Origin: Octopus vulgaris
Lineage: Eukaryota
Direction of reading: 5' to 3'
NCBI GenBank assembly: GCA_951406725.2
Contig: OX597816.1
Span: 57,474,001 to 57,538,000 of the forward strand
Length of the DNA: 64,000 nt
Part shown: piece after piece, positions 13,199 to 25,264 of the stretch
Layout of the letters: the number at the start of each line of letters is the position of its first letter
Position numbering within the stretch: the first letter of the stretch is position 1
Notes under the pieces: generated by a model
What the model was told of the DNA's origin: nothing
What the model saw: only the letters and a program-made list of their open reading frames with translations
Databases searched by the model: none
Program-made: the position numbers and the translations under genes

Positions 13199-13259
<61 letters not shown>

Positions 13260-13697
13260 ACCCTTGCATACTAGGTGTAAGTAGCCATGCAGATTCCACC
13301 TGCTCTTCTCCTCCTTCCCTCCCTCATAGTAATCCCCTTTCCCCTCCTAACCTGAAATTCATATTCTGATCCCTGTCCCTTGTGAGAATATCTGACATTT
13401 TGTTCGCACGCAAGCTAAAATCTGTGTGCGAACTAGATTGCGTATACATATGTATACATGCATTTGTGTGTATATTTTAGCTTTATATTTATACGTCTGT
13501 ATATGTATGGGGTTCGCACACATCTATTCTGTGTATGTTGATATATATGTATACTTTAATATGAATATGTATTGCTGTGTTATATTTTTAATGCATATTT
13601 TTAATGCATTTCAATTTCCATGTATTAATTATATTTCCTTCATTAAGGTCAATATGTATTTTATTCAATGTAAGGTTTTTCCTCGAATTTTATAATT

Positions 13698-13746
<49 letters not shown>

Positions 13747-13880
13747 AGCTCATCTTTGTTTATCACTCGAAAATTGACCATTATTTCTAAAGGGCCAATC
13801 AAACAAGTCCATTTTTTTAAAGTTTTAGCGTTTGTAATAGTCTGGATAGAATTGACATATCGGTTCCATTCTAGCAAAAA

Positions 13881-13918
13881 CTGTCTGATGAACGGCAACG
13901 GGAAACTCAGAGTAACAG
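13881..13918 (+). ncRNA. Minimal hammerhead motif, family 5
   Basis: CUGU-CUGAUGA-ACG(GCAA)CGG-GAAA-CUCAGAG-UA-ACAG; canonical core, GUA cleavage triplet. Confidence 0.65.
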
Positions 13919-14238
13919 GTTTTGTTGAATTTTTTGCTGCTTTAAATAAAGTATATATATATATATATTATAAAATGAGATAGGGGTTGAAAATTCAACC
14001 CACCATGGGATAACATATATCCATGGGTATCATCTGATAGTTGATGTTTTATTGATTTAAGTATGTTTCTCCATTTTCTAATTTTGTAGTATTATATATA
14101 TATATATATTCAAAACATTACTAACGCTTGTCTCTTGTGGCAATGTTAGATCTATCCAACAGCATGACCTGTGTCATGCATCTGAAGTCTTCTAATGCTG
14201 ATCAGAACTTCTTACCATTTCTTCTTTCTATTTTTCAG

Positions 14239-14364
14239 TCTGTGAACGAGGAAAATATGGAAGGAATTGTTTGAAACACTGTGAATGTGGCAACAGTGGC
14301 TGTAGTCCTGAGACTGGAACATGTCTCTGTGAAGCCGGACACCATGGCAGACATTGTCTACAAG
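14239..14364 (+). CDS. MEGF6: MEGF6-like exon 4 (126 nt, one EGF repeat)
   Basis: tttttcag|TC TGT GAA...CAA G|gtatgt; CERGKYGRNCLKHCECGNSGCSPETGTCLCEAGHHGRHCLQ; phase 1-1. Confidence 0.9.
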
Positions 14365-15551
14365 GTATGTTTTCCTTATTTAGATTTCTCATCAATAACC
14401 AATACATATTCACTCTCACCCTCCCTCACTTTCTCTCCATTGGTCAGTTTGATTAATAAACGATGAAGTTGTTGACATTGGGAGTTCAATACCCAATCTT
14501 GAATCACACTCTGGGACAGTTTCAACTGAATCCTGTTGTAAATGGCTTTTGGTAAAACATAGCTTGAGGTGAAGGCGGGTGACCAATTGGCTTGGGTATT
14601 GGGCTCAAACGTCATATAGTTGTGGGTCTAGTTCTTGAATAGGGCAGTGCATTGTGTTCTTAAGCAAGGTGCTTTATTGGTGGAACTGTTGAAGGGTTGG
14701 AGCAAGTGCCATGTGGTACCTGTTCCAACTCTTTGAGTTCTGATGTCAACATCTACAACACTGGTTGCTAAGCAGTATGAACTGAAGCTGGCAGCCTTTC
14801 CCTTGGATAACCCCACCCCTGTTGGCACAGAAAGAGGAGACTTGCATGCATGGTCAGCGGTCAGTTTTCCTAAAGAAATCTTTCCCAAACTTACCCATAC
14901 ATGTGGGACAACAGGGACCAACAGAGGCCCTGCTAAATCGACCACTCTGTTGTTCAAAAGTTAGTTGAAGGGTGACGTCTTTAGAAGTGCAACAATTCAA
15001 TGAAACATTGCTGCAACATGTATCTCTCCTTAGAATTTCAATTCAGCACTTTGTAACACTCATATGTCCATTAATGCAATCATTTAAACACGTCGTTATT
15101 ATACTTTCCTCTTTGGCCAAGTCCTCATCAAGTTTTTCATGTTTGACTTAAAAAAGATAGGTTGAAGGTAAAGAGGGAAGTGTTACCTCCCAGCAATTTT
15201 GTTGGTAGGTGGGCAAATTTAGCAAGAATGGTCCTACTCTCTAAGCATGCAACTGTAAATTGAAGGAAAACAATGTGGAAAGGGCAGTTGCTCTAGTGAT
15301 CAGGGTGACTACAGTTTTGTGGGGTTTCCACAAGCAACCTTAGGAAGTCTCCCTCTTTTAGGGAAACTTTTTATTGTTAGGACTTATATAATTGTTTTTA
15401 CTGTTTACGTGCTTCTATTTATGTAACCTCACATTGTATTGTGCTCTATGGTCCTCATTGTTTTTTGTGAACCCTTTGTGGGTTTTATTTTCCCATTTTA
15501 ATGTGACAAATTGTTCTTTCTGTGAAAATTTTTTTTGATCTGTTCTTACAG

Positions 15552-15680
15552 AATGCAAAAAAGGGCGTTGGGGTATAAATTGCCTTAATGTCTGTGAATG
15601 TGAAAATGGTGCTTCCTGCGACCCTGCTACAGGAGAATGTATATGTCGACCTGGCTGGTTCGGTCTCTCATGTGAACAAG
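15552..15680 (+). CDS. MEGF6: MEGF6-like exon 5 (129 nt)
   Basis: ttacag|AA TGC...CAA G|gttagt; CKKGRWGINCLNVCECENGASCDPATGECICRPGWFGLSCEQ. Confidence 0.9.
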
Positions 15681-16511
15681 GTTAGTGCTTACCTTCAAAG
15701 CAAAGACTTAATTCTTTCTTTCAAACATCTTTAAGATTACAAGAATGTGATACATCATCATCATCATCGTTTAACGTCCGTTCTCCATGCTAGCATGGAT
15801 TGGACGGTTCGACCGGGGATCTGGGAAGCCAGAAGGCTGCACCAGGCTCCAGTCTGATCTGGCAGAGTTTCTACAGCCCTTCCTAACGCCAACCACTCCG
15901 TGAGTGTAGTGGGTGCTTTTTATGTGCCACCTGCACAGGTGCCAGGCGAGGCTGGCAATGGCCACAATCGGATAGGTGCATTTTACGTGCCACCGGCACG
16001 GAAGCCAGTCAAGGCAGCACTGGCATCAGCCACGATTCGGATGGTGCTTTTTATGTGCCTGGTAACTATAACTCTCCCCTCCCTAACCTGAATCTCTCAA
16101 CTGGCACAAACCCACACACCCTCGATGTTACTCCCTGATCCTTGCAGTTGAGGAGTTCTTACCTTGCAAGGTGCTTGGTGATTCTGTTGGTGCTGGGACC
16201 ACACAAAAATCACCCAGTCCACTTTGGAAGATGGTTGGCATTAGGAAGGGCATCCAGCCATAAAAGCCATGCCAAAACAGACAATAGAACCCGGTGTGGC
16301 TCTTGTCAAAACATACAACCCATACCAGCATGGAAAATAGATGCTAAATGATGAGGATGAGGATGAGGATAACCATCATTCATACCACTGTCTTCTTCAT
16401 CTCTAACCCTCCGCACACACACACACATTCTAATCTCATAATCATGACCAAAACTAAAGTCAATGTTATCAACTGGGCCCCTCCTATCAAAATTGCTGGC
16501 TCTATGCCAAA

Positions 16512-16550
<39 letters not shown>

Positions 16551-16783
16551 GTTATTATCATCATCATCATCATTATTATCATTATTATTATTATCATCAT
16601 CATCATCATCATTATTATCATTATTATTATTATTATCATCATTATTATTATCATTATTTTCATTATTATCATTATTATTATTATTATTATTATCATCATC
16701 ATTATTATTATTATCATCATCATTATTATCATTATTATTATTATTATCATTATCATCATCATCATCATCATCATTATTATTAT
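16512..16783. repeat. Compound (ATT)/(ATC) microsatellite
   Basis: Direct reading. Confidence 0.95.
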
Positions 16784-17497
16784 TACCTTTACCTTAGCTA
16801 AGGCCGAGGTATCGTTTTCAGTTGTATTTCTTTGTTTGTCCATGGACAAGATATCTCAGGAACCGTTGGATGGATCCAGATGAAACTTTCAGGGATGCTT
16901 GGCCTCATGACTGGCATGAACTGATTAGATTTTGAAATTGATCTAGTACTGGACAAGAATTCTGGATTATTTTTCCTGTTTTCTTACTTAATTTTTGAGA
17001 GCAGTCGGTTTCATTTTTAGTATTCTCATTTGTGAGATCAGTCAAGTTTATTTCAGATATTCTTATTTTAAAAATTACGGAGATGTACTTGCATAGCAAG
17101 TGATTTGATCTGAGATCGTGTGCTGAAACGAAAACAATTGCAGTGTGAAAGGTGTTTGTAAGCCATTTAAGAAACACACAAAAGCCGTTCGATTCACTTC
17201 AACATTTAAGTTTAATTTGTCAAAATATTTTCGTCGCTTTAAGACCGCAACCTGTTCACTGACAAAGATGCAGCACGGATTTTTGTCAGTGAACAGGTCA
17301 CGGTCTTAAAGCAACGAAAATATTTTGACAAATTAAACTTAAATGTTGAAGTGAATCGAACGGCTTTTGTGTGTTTCTTAAATGGCTTACAAACACCTTC
17401 CACGCTGTAATCATTTTAAAAATCATCTCCAGCTAATCATTGAGAGGACACTGGTGTTGCCTTGGTGGAGGTTGCGCTCTCTGAGTGCTCTTGTTAT
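16783..17497 (+). mobile_element. Helentron/DINE-like non-autonomous element hosting the 17137-17411 palindrome
   Basis: Subterminal inverted motifs ACCTT..AAGG / CCTTGGTGGAGGT and a 3' GCGCTCTCTGAGTGC hairpin in T-rich context. Confidence 0.45.
17282..17332 (+). ncRNA. Hammerhead-like motif with G3:C8 core, family 3 (inverted copy at 17216-17266; third copy near 27836-27886 on -)
   Basis: UUUGUCA-GUGAACA-G-stem II (GUUGC/GCGAC in the minus-strand copies)-GAAA-AUAU-UU-UGACAAA. Confidence 0.55.
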
Positions 17498-17749
17498 TAT
17501 TAGTATTTTAACGAAGATGGAAGCTGGCAGAATCACTAGCACACTGGATGAAATGTTTAGCGGCATTTCATCCATCTTTACATTCCAAGTTCAAATTCCG
17601 CCAAGGTCGACTTTACTTTTCATCTTTTCAGGTTCAATAAATTAAGTACCAGTCGTGTACTGGGGTCGATGTAATCGACTATCCCCTCTCAAAAATTTCA
17701 TGCCTTGTGCCTATAATAGAAAGTATTAGTATTATCATTATTATTATTA

Positions 17750-18305
17750 TTGAGTGAGAGAGCAATGCATGCCATCAAAGTGACACTGGGGTAAAATATA
17801 CGAAGCCCAGTATACCCATCATGACTACCCATCTGATAAGGGTACACTAGGCACAAACATCACAACCATATGTGCGCGACATGTTGATCTCATATCAAGA
17901 TAAACAGCACATGACCTTGCAGGTGGAGCCCAGTTAGAATTTTCTTCAGGTCAAGTAACCCATCCTGCTCAAAAGGTCCCTGAATAAGGGTTGCTTTAGG
18001 ATGTTGAACGAAACACCCATGTTTCCAGAGATGAATTATTCAAACCCCAAAGAATTCCTCTCAACACATGGCTATGATGCTCCCCCACTACTTCTGCTCG
18101 TGATCAGAGATGCACATATCGTCAGCCACTAAGGGACATGCTCAACTGGTTAAGGTCAAACAACTGACAAGCAAATCTGTGGTATTGAGCAGAATATTTG
18201 CTGTAGCCCATCTTTTATACCAAGACAAAACAATGTACATGATAACACTACCAATCAGTTAAGATCAGAAGCCATGAAAGCCACTGCCTGGTATTGCATC
18301 AGAGC

Positions 18306-18308
<3 letters not shown>
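17750..18308 (-). mobile_element. (AAT)n-embedded retroposon copy 2
   Basis: Reverse complement of 8172-8692, slightly longer 5' end. Confidence 0.8.
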
Positions 18309-18351
<43 letters not shown>

Positions 18352-18564
18352 TTGGCAGTGAGCTGGTAGAATTGTTCGCATGCTTAACGGCATTTTATCC
18401 ATCTTCACATTCTGAGTTCAAATTCTACCGAGGTCAATTTGCCTTTCATCCTTTCGGAGTCGATAAATTGAGTACCAGTGAAACAGTGGGGTCAGTGTGA
18501 CTGACTAGTCCCCTCTCCACAAATTCCAAAGCCTGTGTCTGTAGAATTATTATTAGTAGTAGTA

Positions 18565-18970
18565 GGTGCAGGAGTGGCTGTGTGGTAAGTAGCTTGCTTA
18601 CCAACCACATGGTCCGGGTTCAGTCCCACTGCGTGGCACCTTGGGCAAGTGTCTTCCACTGTAGCTTCGGGCCGACCAAAGCCTTGTGAGTGGATTTGGT
18701 AGACGGGAACTGAAAGAAGCCCATCATATATATGTATATGTATATATATATGCGTGTGTGTGTTTGTGTATCTGTGTTTGTCCCCCTAGCATTGCTTGAC
18801 AACTGATGCTGGTGTGTTTATGTCCCCGTTACTTAGCGGTTCAGCAAAAGAGACCGATAGAATAAGTACTGGGCTTACAAAAGAATAAGTCCCAGGGTCG
18901 AGTTGCTCGATTAAAGGTGGTGCTCCAGCATGGCCGCAGTCAAATGACTGAAACAAATAAAGAGTAAAAG
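18565..18970 (+). mobile_element. SINE family A
   Basis: Near-identical to 2191-2575. Confidence 0.85.
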
Positions 18971-19007
18971 AGAGTAGTAGTAGTATTAGTATTATTATTA
19001 CTATTAT

Positions 19008-19235
19008 AGGCTGCGAGCTGGCAGAAGCGTTAGCACGCCGGGCGAAATGCTTTGCAGTATTTCGTCTGCCGTTACGTTCCGAGTTCAAATTCCGCCGAGG
19101 TCGACTTTGCCTTTCATCCTTTCGGGGTCGATAAATTAAGCATTATGCACTGGGGTCGATGTAATCTACTTAATCCCTTTGTCTGTCTTTGTTTGTCCCC
19201 TCTATGTTTAGCACCTTGTGGGTAGTAAAGAAATA
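19008..19235 (+). mobile_element. SINE family B
   Basis: A-box-like GCTGGCAGAA and B-box GAGTTCAAATTC; other copies about 7255-7474(-), 17512-17725, 18352-18545, 22920-23150, 31374-31585, 31993-32205, 39135-39570(-, two), 39947-40130, 41175-41373(-), 56885-57090(-). Confidence 0.8.
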
Positions 19236-19871
19236 TATTATTAGTGTCATTTCTTTAAGGTAGCAGGTTGGGCCAAATGCTTAGCGGCATTTCATCCATC
19301 TTTATATTCCAAGTTCAGATTCCTCTCCAGTTGACTGACTTTGCTTTTCATCATTTCAGGAATTCCTCATCATCATCATCATCATGTCGTTTAAACATCC
19401 ACTTTCCATACTGGCAGTGGGTGCTTTTTACATGCTACCAGCATGGGGCCAGTAAGGGAGCACTGGCATCAACCCCATTCGGATGGTGCTTTTTATGTGC
19501 CACCCGCACAGGAGCCTGTCAGGCAGATTACATAAACACCTGTGAAATAGTGGCAGGGGGGGGACAATGTAATTGACTAACCCTTCCTTTTAAAATTGCT
19601 TACATTGGGTCAGCATTTTAAACCATTGCGGATTGCGGATCCATAGAATAAGCTGCCAGACGAGATAGTGAAGATGCCGACGACCGCTCGGTTCAAAGTC
19701 TCTCTTGACCAGAAATGGCCTGAACTCTTTGCATGAACACCCTCACTGTACATAACTCCATGTCCCCCTACATGGCCTTGCTTTTTGCTTTTTGAGCCCA
19801 AAAAATTAACTTAACTTAACTTAACTTAACATTATTATTACATTCAGTTGTTGTTGTTGTATTTGTTTCAG

Positions 19872-20000
19872 AATGTCCTAGGGAGAGATACGGAGAGAAA
19901 TGTCTAGAACGGTGCCGATGTGAGAACAATGCAACCTGTATTGCAACAAATGGTTCCTGTATTTGCCAACCAGGATGGGTTGGACAAGTTTGTGACAGAA
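19872..20000 (+). CDS. MEGF6: MEGF6-like exon 6 (129 nt)
   Basis: tttcag|AA TGT CCT...AGA A|gtaaga; CPRERYGEKCLERCRCENNATCIATNGSCICQPGWVGQVCDR. Confidence 0.9.
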
Positions 20001-20478
20001 GTAAGATACTTGATAATAATTCTTTGAGTTTTGGTCGGCTGAGAACTCTTGATGGAAAACCCAAGAGAAATCTTAACCCATTGCCTGCCATGAACCCCAT
20101 TTGGGGATCTACTAAAAACAGTGTCCCTACCGGTTATTTGTTGTATTTAAAGTGAATTGCTTAGGTAGATTGCATTTGCAGAGATGTGTTTAACAATATT
20201 TAGTAATTAAAGTTTGTCATTATTAGCACTGGATAATTTCTAAAGGACATTTTATGTCATAAATCCCAATTTTTGAACTACAAAAATATTGACCGTTTTG
20301 AAAACTTTTTCTTTCTTTTTTTTTTCATTTGCATTTCCCCTCTGTATCATTCTTTGATATTTCATACACATTCACATTTGATACTATAGTTTCAAAAAAA
20401 AAAAATATATATAATGTTTATTATTGAAATTGAATAGAAAAGGATAAATATGCTTTTTTTTTTTCAGCAACCCCCATT

Positions 20479-20722
20479 TGGTTTAGGACAAATGTTGCTG
20501 TAATTTAGTCCCAGGAGTCATCATCTCCAGCTGGCTATATGACACGATCAGTGTCCTTATATTTTCAAACAAGGGAATCTCACACCCCACAAATATTGTT
20601 TTGAGCCGAGTAGGGGTGCTAGATTCCGTTGTTCAAAAATATAAGGACACAGATCGTGTCGTACAGCCAACTGGAGACGATGTCTCCTGGGGCTAAATTA
20701 CAGCAACATTCGACCTAAACCA
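20479..20722. repeat. Foldback/MITE-like inverted repeat
   Basis: Arms about 20479-20588 and 20613-20722 are imperfect reverse complements. Confidence 0.85.
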
Positions 20723-21939
20723 GGACTGCCATGTTATGTTGGCAAACAATCTTTACCCCATCCTTATTACTGGTTAGGACACTGTATTTCATTTAGCAAT
20801 CCTGATATACAATCAAGTATATTAAAGGTTTATACATCAATACTGTATTCTACTCTTTGTGTCAGAAGTGTAACTTAATCCCTTTTAAGTCTAATCTCTA
20901 CAGATTTCCTATAGAATTCACAGTCAGCACTAAAAGTTGTGACATTTCATATACGAATACGTCTATGTAAACAATGCATTTGAAGATAAAAAAATAGGAA
21001 ATTGGTGTAAATACATATTTCAGGAGTTGTTGCCCTTCCTTCAGTATCACATCCAACCCATTGACCATCTACAAACACATTCCTTAAACAGTCATTAAAT
21101 TTAGTGGTGTAACACTATTGGGTGGATCAATTTAGGTAGTGTGGGCTCTAAAAGGGGTTTCAAGGAGTAGTATCCCTGCCTTCCTGTGCACATTTCTTAA
21201 AAATCGTGCTCCCCGTAGAAAACCCATCTCCAAAAAGCCTCATGATAGCAAAGGAGAATGGGCACCAGCCAGCCCAAAGGTTGGGGTGGGCTGCACTTGC
21301 CTACCTCAGTTGCTATGGCATTGAGATAGATCCAGCCACCCCTGTTAATGGGGACAAAACCCAGATTTAAAGCACTGGATGATGATGATGATAAATTTAC
21401 ATATCAAACACCTTCCCTGTTTTTCCAATTGAATTGTTTATGTAGATGTATTCATATATGAAACATCATAACTTTTAGTGTTGGCTCTAAATTCTATAGA
21501 AAATTTTTAGAGATAACTTAAAAATGATCTATGCAGGAATTTATAATATATGCAAATATATGCGTTGATCTCACCATTTGTTGCTTCATCAGCTCAGTAG
21601 TTGTAAACAATGGCCTCACTGCTCATACGAACAGTGTCTACTTTTGTTGTCCATTGAGAAAAGATGTTTAGGGTCCTTGACATTGTACAATGTTTGTAAA
21701 CAAAAGGCTCATTCACATGGAGTCGTTTGTTTCCAGTGTCTGCATAAAACATGTCCAGGTTGTTTTGTCATTTGAAAGACTGGAAGATTATTCCCACACT
21801 TGGAAACCGGTAAGGGTCTCCAAACTATAAAAGAAAAGTCTGCCCTGAGGAATATCAAGATTGGCACTGCTTCACTCAAGCAGTGTTATCATAGAATATT
21901 AGTTCATACATCATTGTCCCTGACAATGACCAAGGACAT

Positions 21940-22510
21940 CACCTAGGAGAAGATAATGGGACATGGTGTGTCCAGTTGTGGTCGATCAGTTCAGTGCATG
22001 TCCAGAAGGCTCTGCTGCAGATTGGACACAGGTGGGGGTCTGTTGACTGAAAGCGAAGAGTTGAATAGTTCACATTTTCTTTGTGTCCCAGCAACCTTGT
22101 TCTGTTCATATGAGGTGGTTCCTCTGTTTGTACAGCTTCACCAGCAGGACAATCTTGTGCTTGTGTTTCCCAGGTGTCAAGGTTGATCCCAAAGCTCTTC
22201 AGTGAAGCTTTGAGTGTGTCCATGAAGTGCTTCTTTTTGTCCACCTTGCATGTGCTTGTCTTCCATCAGTTTGCTATAAAATAGTTTCTTGGGGAGTTGT
22301 GTGTCAGGCATTCAAACAAAGTAGTCTGCTCACCTGATCTGTGCTCTCCTCAGCAGTATATAAATCCATGGCAAATCAGCTCAAGAGAGAACCTCCATAA
22401 CTGAGACCCTGTCTTGCCAAGTGGTTTTCAATAGATTTCTCAGTTCATGTGGGAGTGGTTTAGCTTCTTGCAGGCATGGTGTTCATAAACTGTTCAAGTC
22501 TCACAGGTGT
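21940..22510 (-). mobile_element. RTE/BovB-like LINE ORF 3' remnant
   Basis: KKHFMDTLKASLKSFGINLDTWETQAQD and a terminal CPICSRAF..H..H zinc-finger-like motif; frameshifted. Confidence 0.6.
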
Positions 22511-22695
22511 AGAATACAAACATACACACATAGAGAGGCTTCCTGCAATTTCCATCTACCAAATTCTCTCACATGGTATTGATTGATCTCAGGCTATAGT
22601 GTAAGACAGCCAAGATACTGTAGAGTGGGACTGAACCTGAAATCATAAACCCTGAATTCTATTCACTTACTTTTCTTTTTTGTCCGTGTTTGTAG

Positions 22696-22824
22696 TGTGT
22701 GCCCCTGGAACTTATGGTGTAAAATGCCGTAGCAAATGCATCTGTCAGAACAGTGCCGAATGTGACCCAGTGACTGGAGAGTGTATTTGTTCTCCAGGCT
22801 GGACAGGAGTTGGTTGTAACGAAC
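22696..22824 (+). CDS. MEGF6: MEGF6-like exon 7 (129 nt)
   Basis: ttgtag|TG TGT GCC...GAA C|gtaagt; CAPGTYGVKCRSKCICQNSAECDPVTGECICSPGWTGVGCNE. Confidence 0.9.
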
Positions 22825-23497
22825 GTAAGTAATAAATATTCTTTAACCTTTATGAGATTCTTATATTAAATTTATTCCACTTTACCAGTTTTTGTCTGTA
22901 AATATTCTTGCTGATCAGGTGGTCAGTTGGCAGTATTGTTAACATGCCAGGTAAAATGTTTGATGACGTTTTGTTCATCTTTACATTCTGAGTTCAAATT
23001 CCACTGAGGTTGACTTTGCCTTTCACCCTTTTAAGGTCATTAAAATAAGTACCAGTTAAACACTGGGGTTGATGTAATTGACTTCCACCATCGCCACCAC
23101 CACCACCACTACCCTGAATTGCTGGCCTGGTTCCAAAATTTGAAACCAATATTCTTTGTGTACACAAACTATTGCTGGTTTCCTTAGTTCCAGCTGTTTC
23201 ATCAAAATTTGAAACTCTGTTACCGTTTCAATACCAACACAATGAAGACAGCTCCTATTTCTACAGATTTCTGTTTTAAAATTATTTAAATTAAAGCCTT
23301 TCATTGAATTTCCATGTTCATTTGTTCCAAACACCAGCTTAATAAGGACAATTAGTTGACTAAATGCCTCGTTATTTTCAAAATTTATTGAAACAAAAGG
23401 CAGCATATCTCCTCAAAATTATAAAAGAGTTTGCTTGAAATATTTCAATTCTTATGCAAAATAAAAATAGTTTATCTTGTCTCATTCATTTATAATT

Positions 23498-24170
23498 CAT
23501 CATCATCATCATCATCATCGTTTAACCCCTTACCTAACAATTATTTTGAAAATAAATGTATTTTTTCAGACATATTTTTTAATTGTTTTATTTTACTATG
23601 TTTTGAATGGTGATTTTGGCGAGTCTATCTTTTGATGAGTTAACTCACCAGAGATAGAAAAAAACGATTTCGGTCAAAACGCATATATTCGTTTCTGCCG
23701 GGTAAGGGGTTAACGTCCGCTTTCCATGCTAGCATGGGTTGGACGATTTTGACTGAGGGCTGGTGAACCAGATGGCTGCACCAGGCTCCAATCTTGATCT
23801 GGCAGAGTTTCTATAGCCGGATGCCCTTCCTAATGCCAACCACTCCGAGAGTGTAGTGGGTGCTCTTTACATGCCATCGGCACAGGGGCCAGTCAAGCGG
23901 TACTGGCAACGACCTCGCTCGAATCTTTTTACACATGCCACCAGCACAGGTGCCAGTAAGGCGATGTTGGTAACAATCACGCTTGAATGGTGCTCTTTTA
24001 CATGCCACTGGCACGGAAGCCAGTTGGCTGCTCTGGCAACGATCATGCTCGGATGGTGCTCTTGGCACCCTACTAGTATGGGCACAAGTACCAGTAGGGT
24101 GACGCTGGTAACGATCACTCTCAAATGGTGCCCTTTAAGTGCCACTGGCACAGAAGCCGGTTAGCCGCTC
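23498..24170 (-). mobile_element. RTE-type 3' end with about five internal 60-65 bp units and a nested piggyBac-like MITE
   Basis: Tail catcgtTTAA..TTAAcgtcc is split by insertion 23526-23709. Confidence 0.75.
23526..23709. mobile_element. piggyBac-like MITE
   Basis: TTAA duplicated on both sides, TIRs CCCCTTACC/GGTAAGGGG; removing it restores the host repeat. Confidence 0.85.
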
Positions 24171-24853
24171 GATGCTTAATTAAAAACATTATTTTGTTCT
24201 TAAAATTTCCTTATCAATTAACAAACAATTATGCTAATAATTCATGTTTTGTGTTTCCTTTTAATTTTCAACTTTCTATCTTTATTTTTATATTTACCAT
24301 CATCATTTAATATCCATTTTCAATTCTGGCATGGAAAATGGATATTAAATGAGGATAATTTTATACATAGAATAAATGAAGAAAAGCTCCGGGATAAACA
24401 TCATTAATTCCATAATTACGTAGCTGCAATACATAATTAATTAATTTGAATTAAATTTATTTGAGAATTATGTTTATGTAAATTAGTAATAATTAGAGTT
24501 CATTTAAATTATCTCAGTTATATATTTGTGAAATTAATGATGTTTTACTTCTTGAAATTACTCAGGAGCACAAAATATGAACTAAATGTTTTTCTCCTTT
24601 TATTCTGAACATGTTGCTCTTTAATGATCATTTTAGTCAAAATGCAAGTCTGTCCCACTTGAATTTACTGCAATCTAGTAACATATTGGAGTTTAACAAC
24701 CTGTTACTAATTGAAATCTTAATTATCATTTAACAAACTTAATTCCCATTTTTCTCTTCAAACTCTGAAATGACGCATATATTTGTCAACTCCTTTGACC
24801 CTCTTTGCCATTTTATTGTATCTTATCTAAATCTACTGTAATTTCCCTTCTAG

Positions 24854-25240
24854 GATGTCCCCAAAACACATACGGCCCTGGATGTTCAATGAGATGCGCT
24901 TGTGAAAACGGAGCCTACTGTGACCACATCCATGGTGTCTGTATCTGTACAGCAGGTTGGCGAGGCAAGATTTGCAATAAAGCCTGCCCCGAGGGCTTCT
25001 ATGGCATTGAATGTCTAAAGAAATGTGAATGCAGAAATGGAGCACAGTGTGACTACGTGACTGGGGTGTGCAGCTGTGCCCCAGGATGGATGGGGAACAA
25101 GTGCACAACCCCTTGTCCAGAGGATACCTATGGAAAGGACTGTGAAGGGTTCTGTGACTGCCTCAATGGTGGGAACTGTGATGCTGTATCTGGAATTTGC
25201 ATTTGCAAACCTGGATATATGGGCAGACAGTGTGAAAAAG
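24854..25240 (+). CDS. MEGF6: MEGF6-like exon 8 (387 nt, three EGF repeats)
   Basis: ttctag|GA TGT CCC...AAA G|gtaagg; lies within ORF 24805-25260, three 43-aa 8-Cys repeats. Confidence 0.92.
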
Positions 25241-25264
25241 GTAAGGACATGCTTATCTGAAACA

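Noticed and set aside
16348-16849. Poly-L/S, poly-Y/H and poly-I/M ORFs (and similar ORFs at 33091-35217, 45104-45724)
   Set aside because: Translations of microsatellites; no splice or codon evidence.
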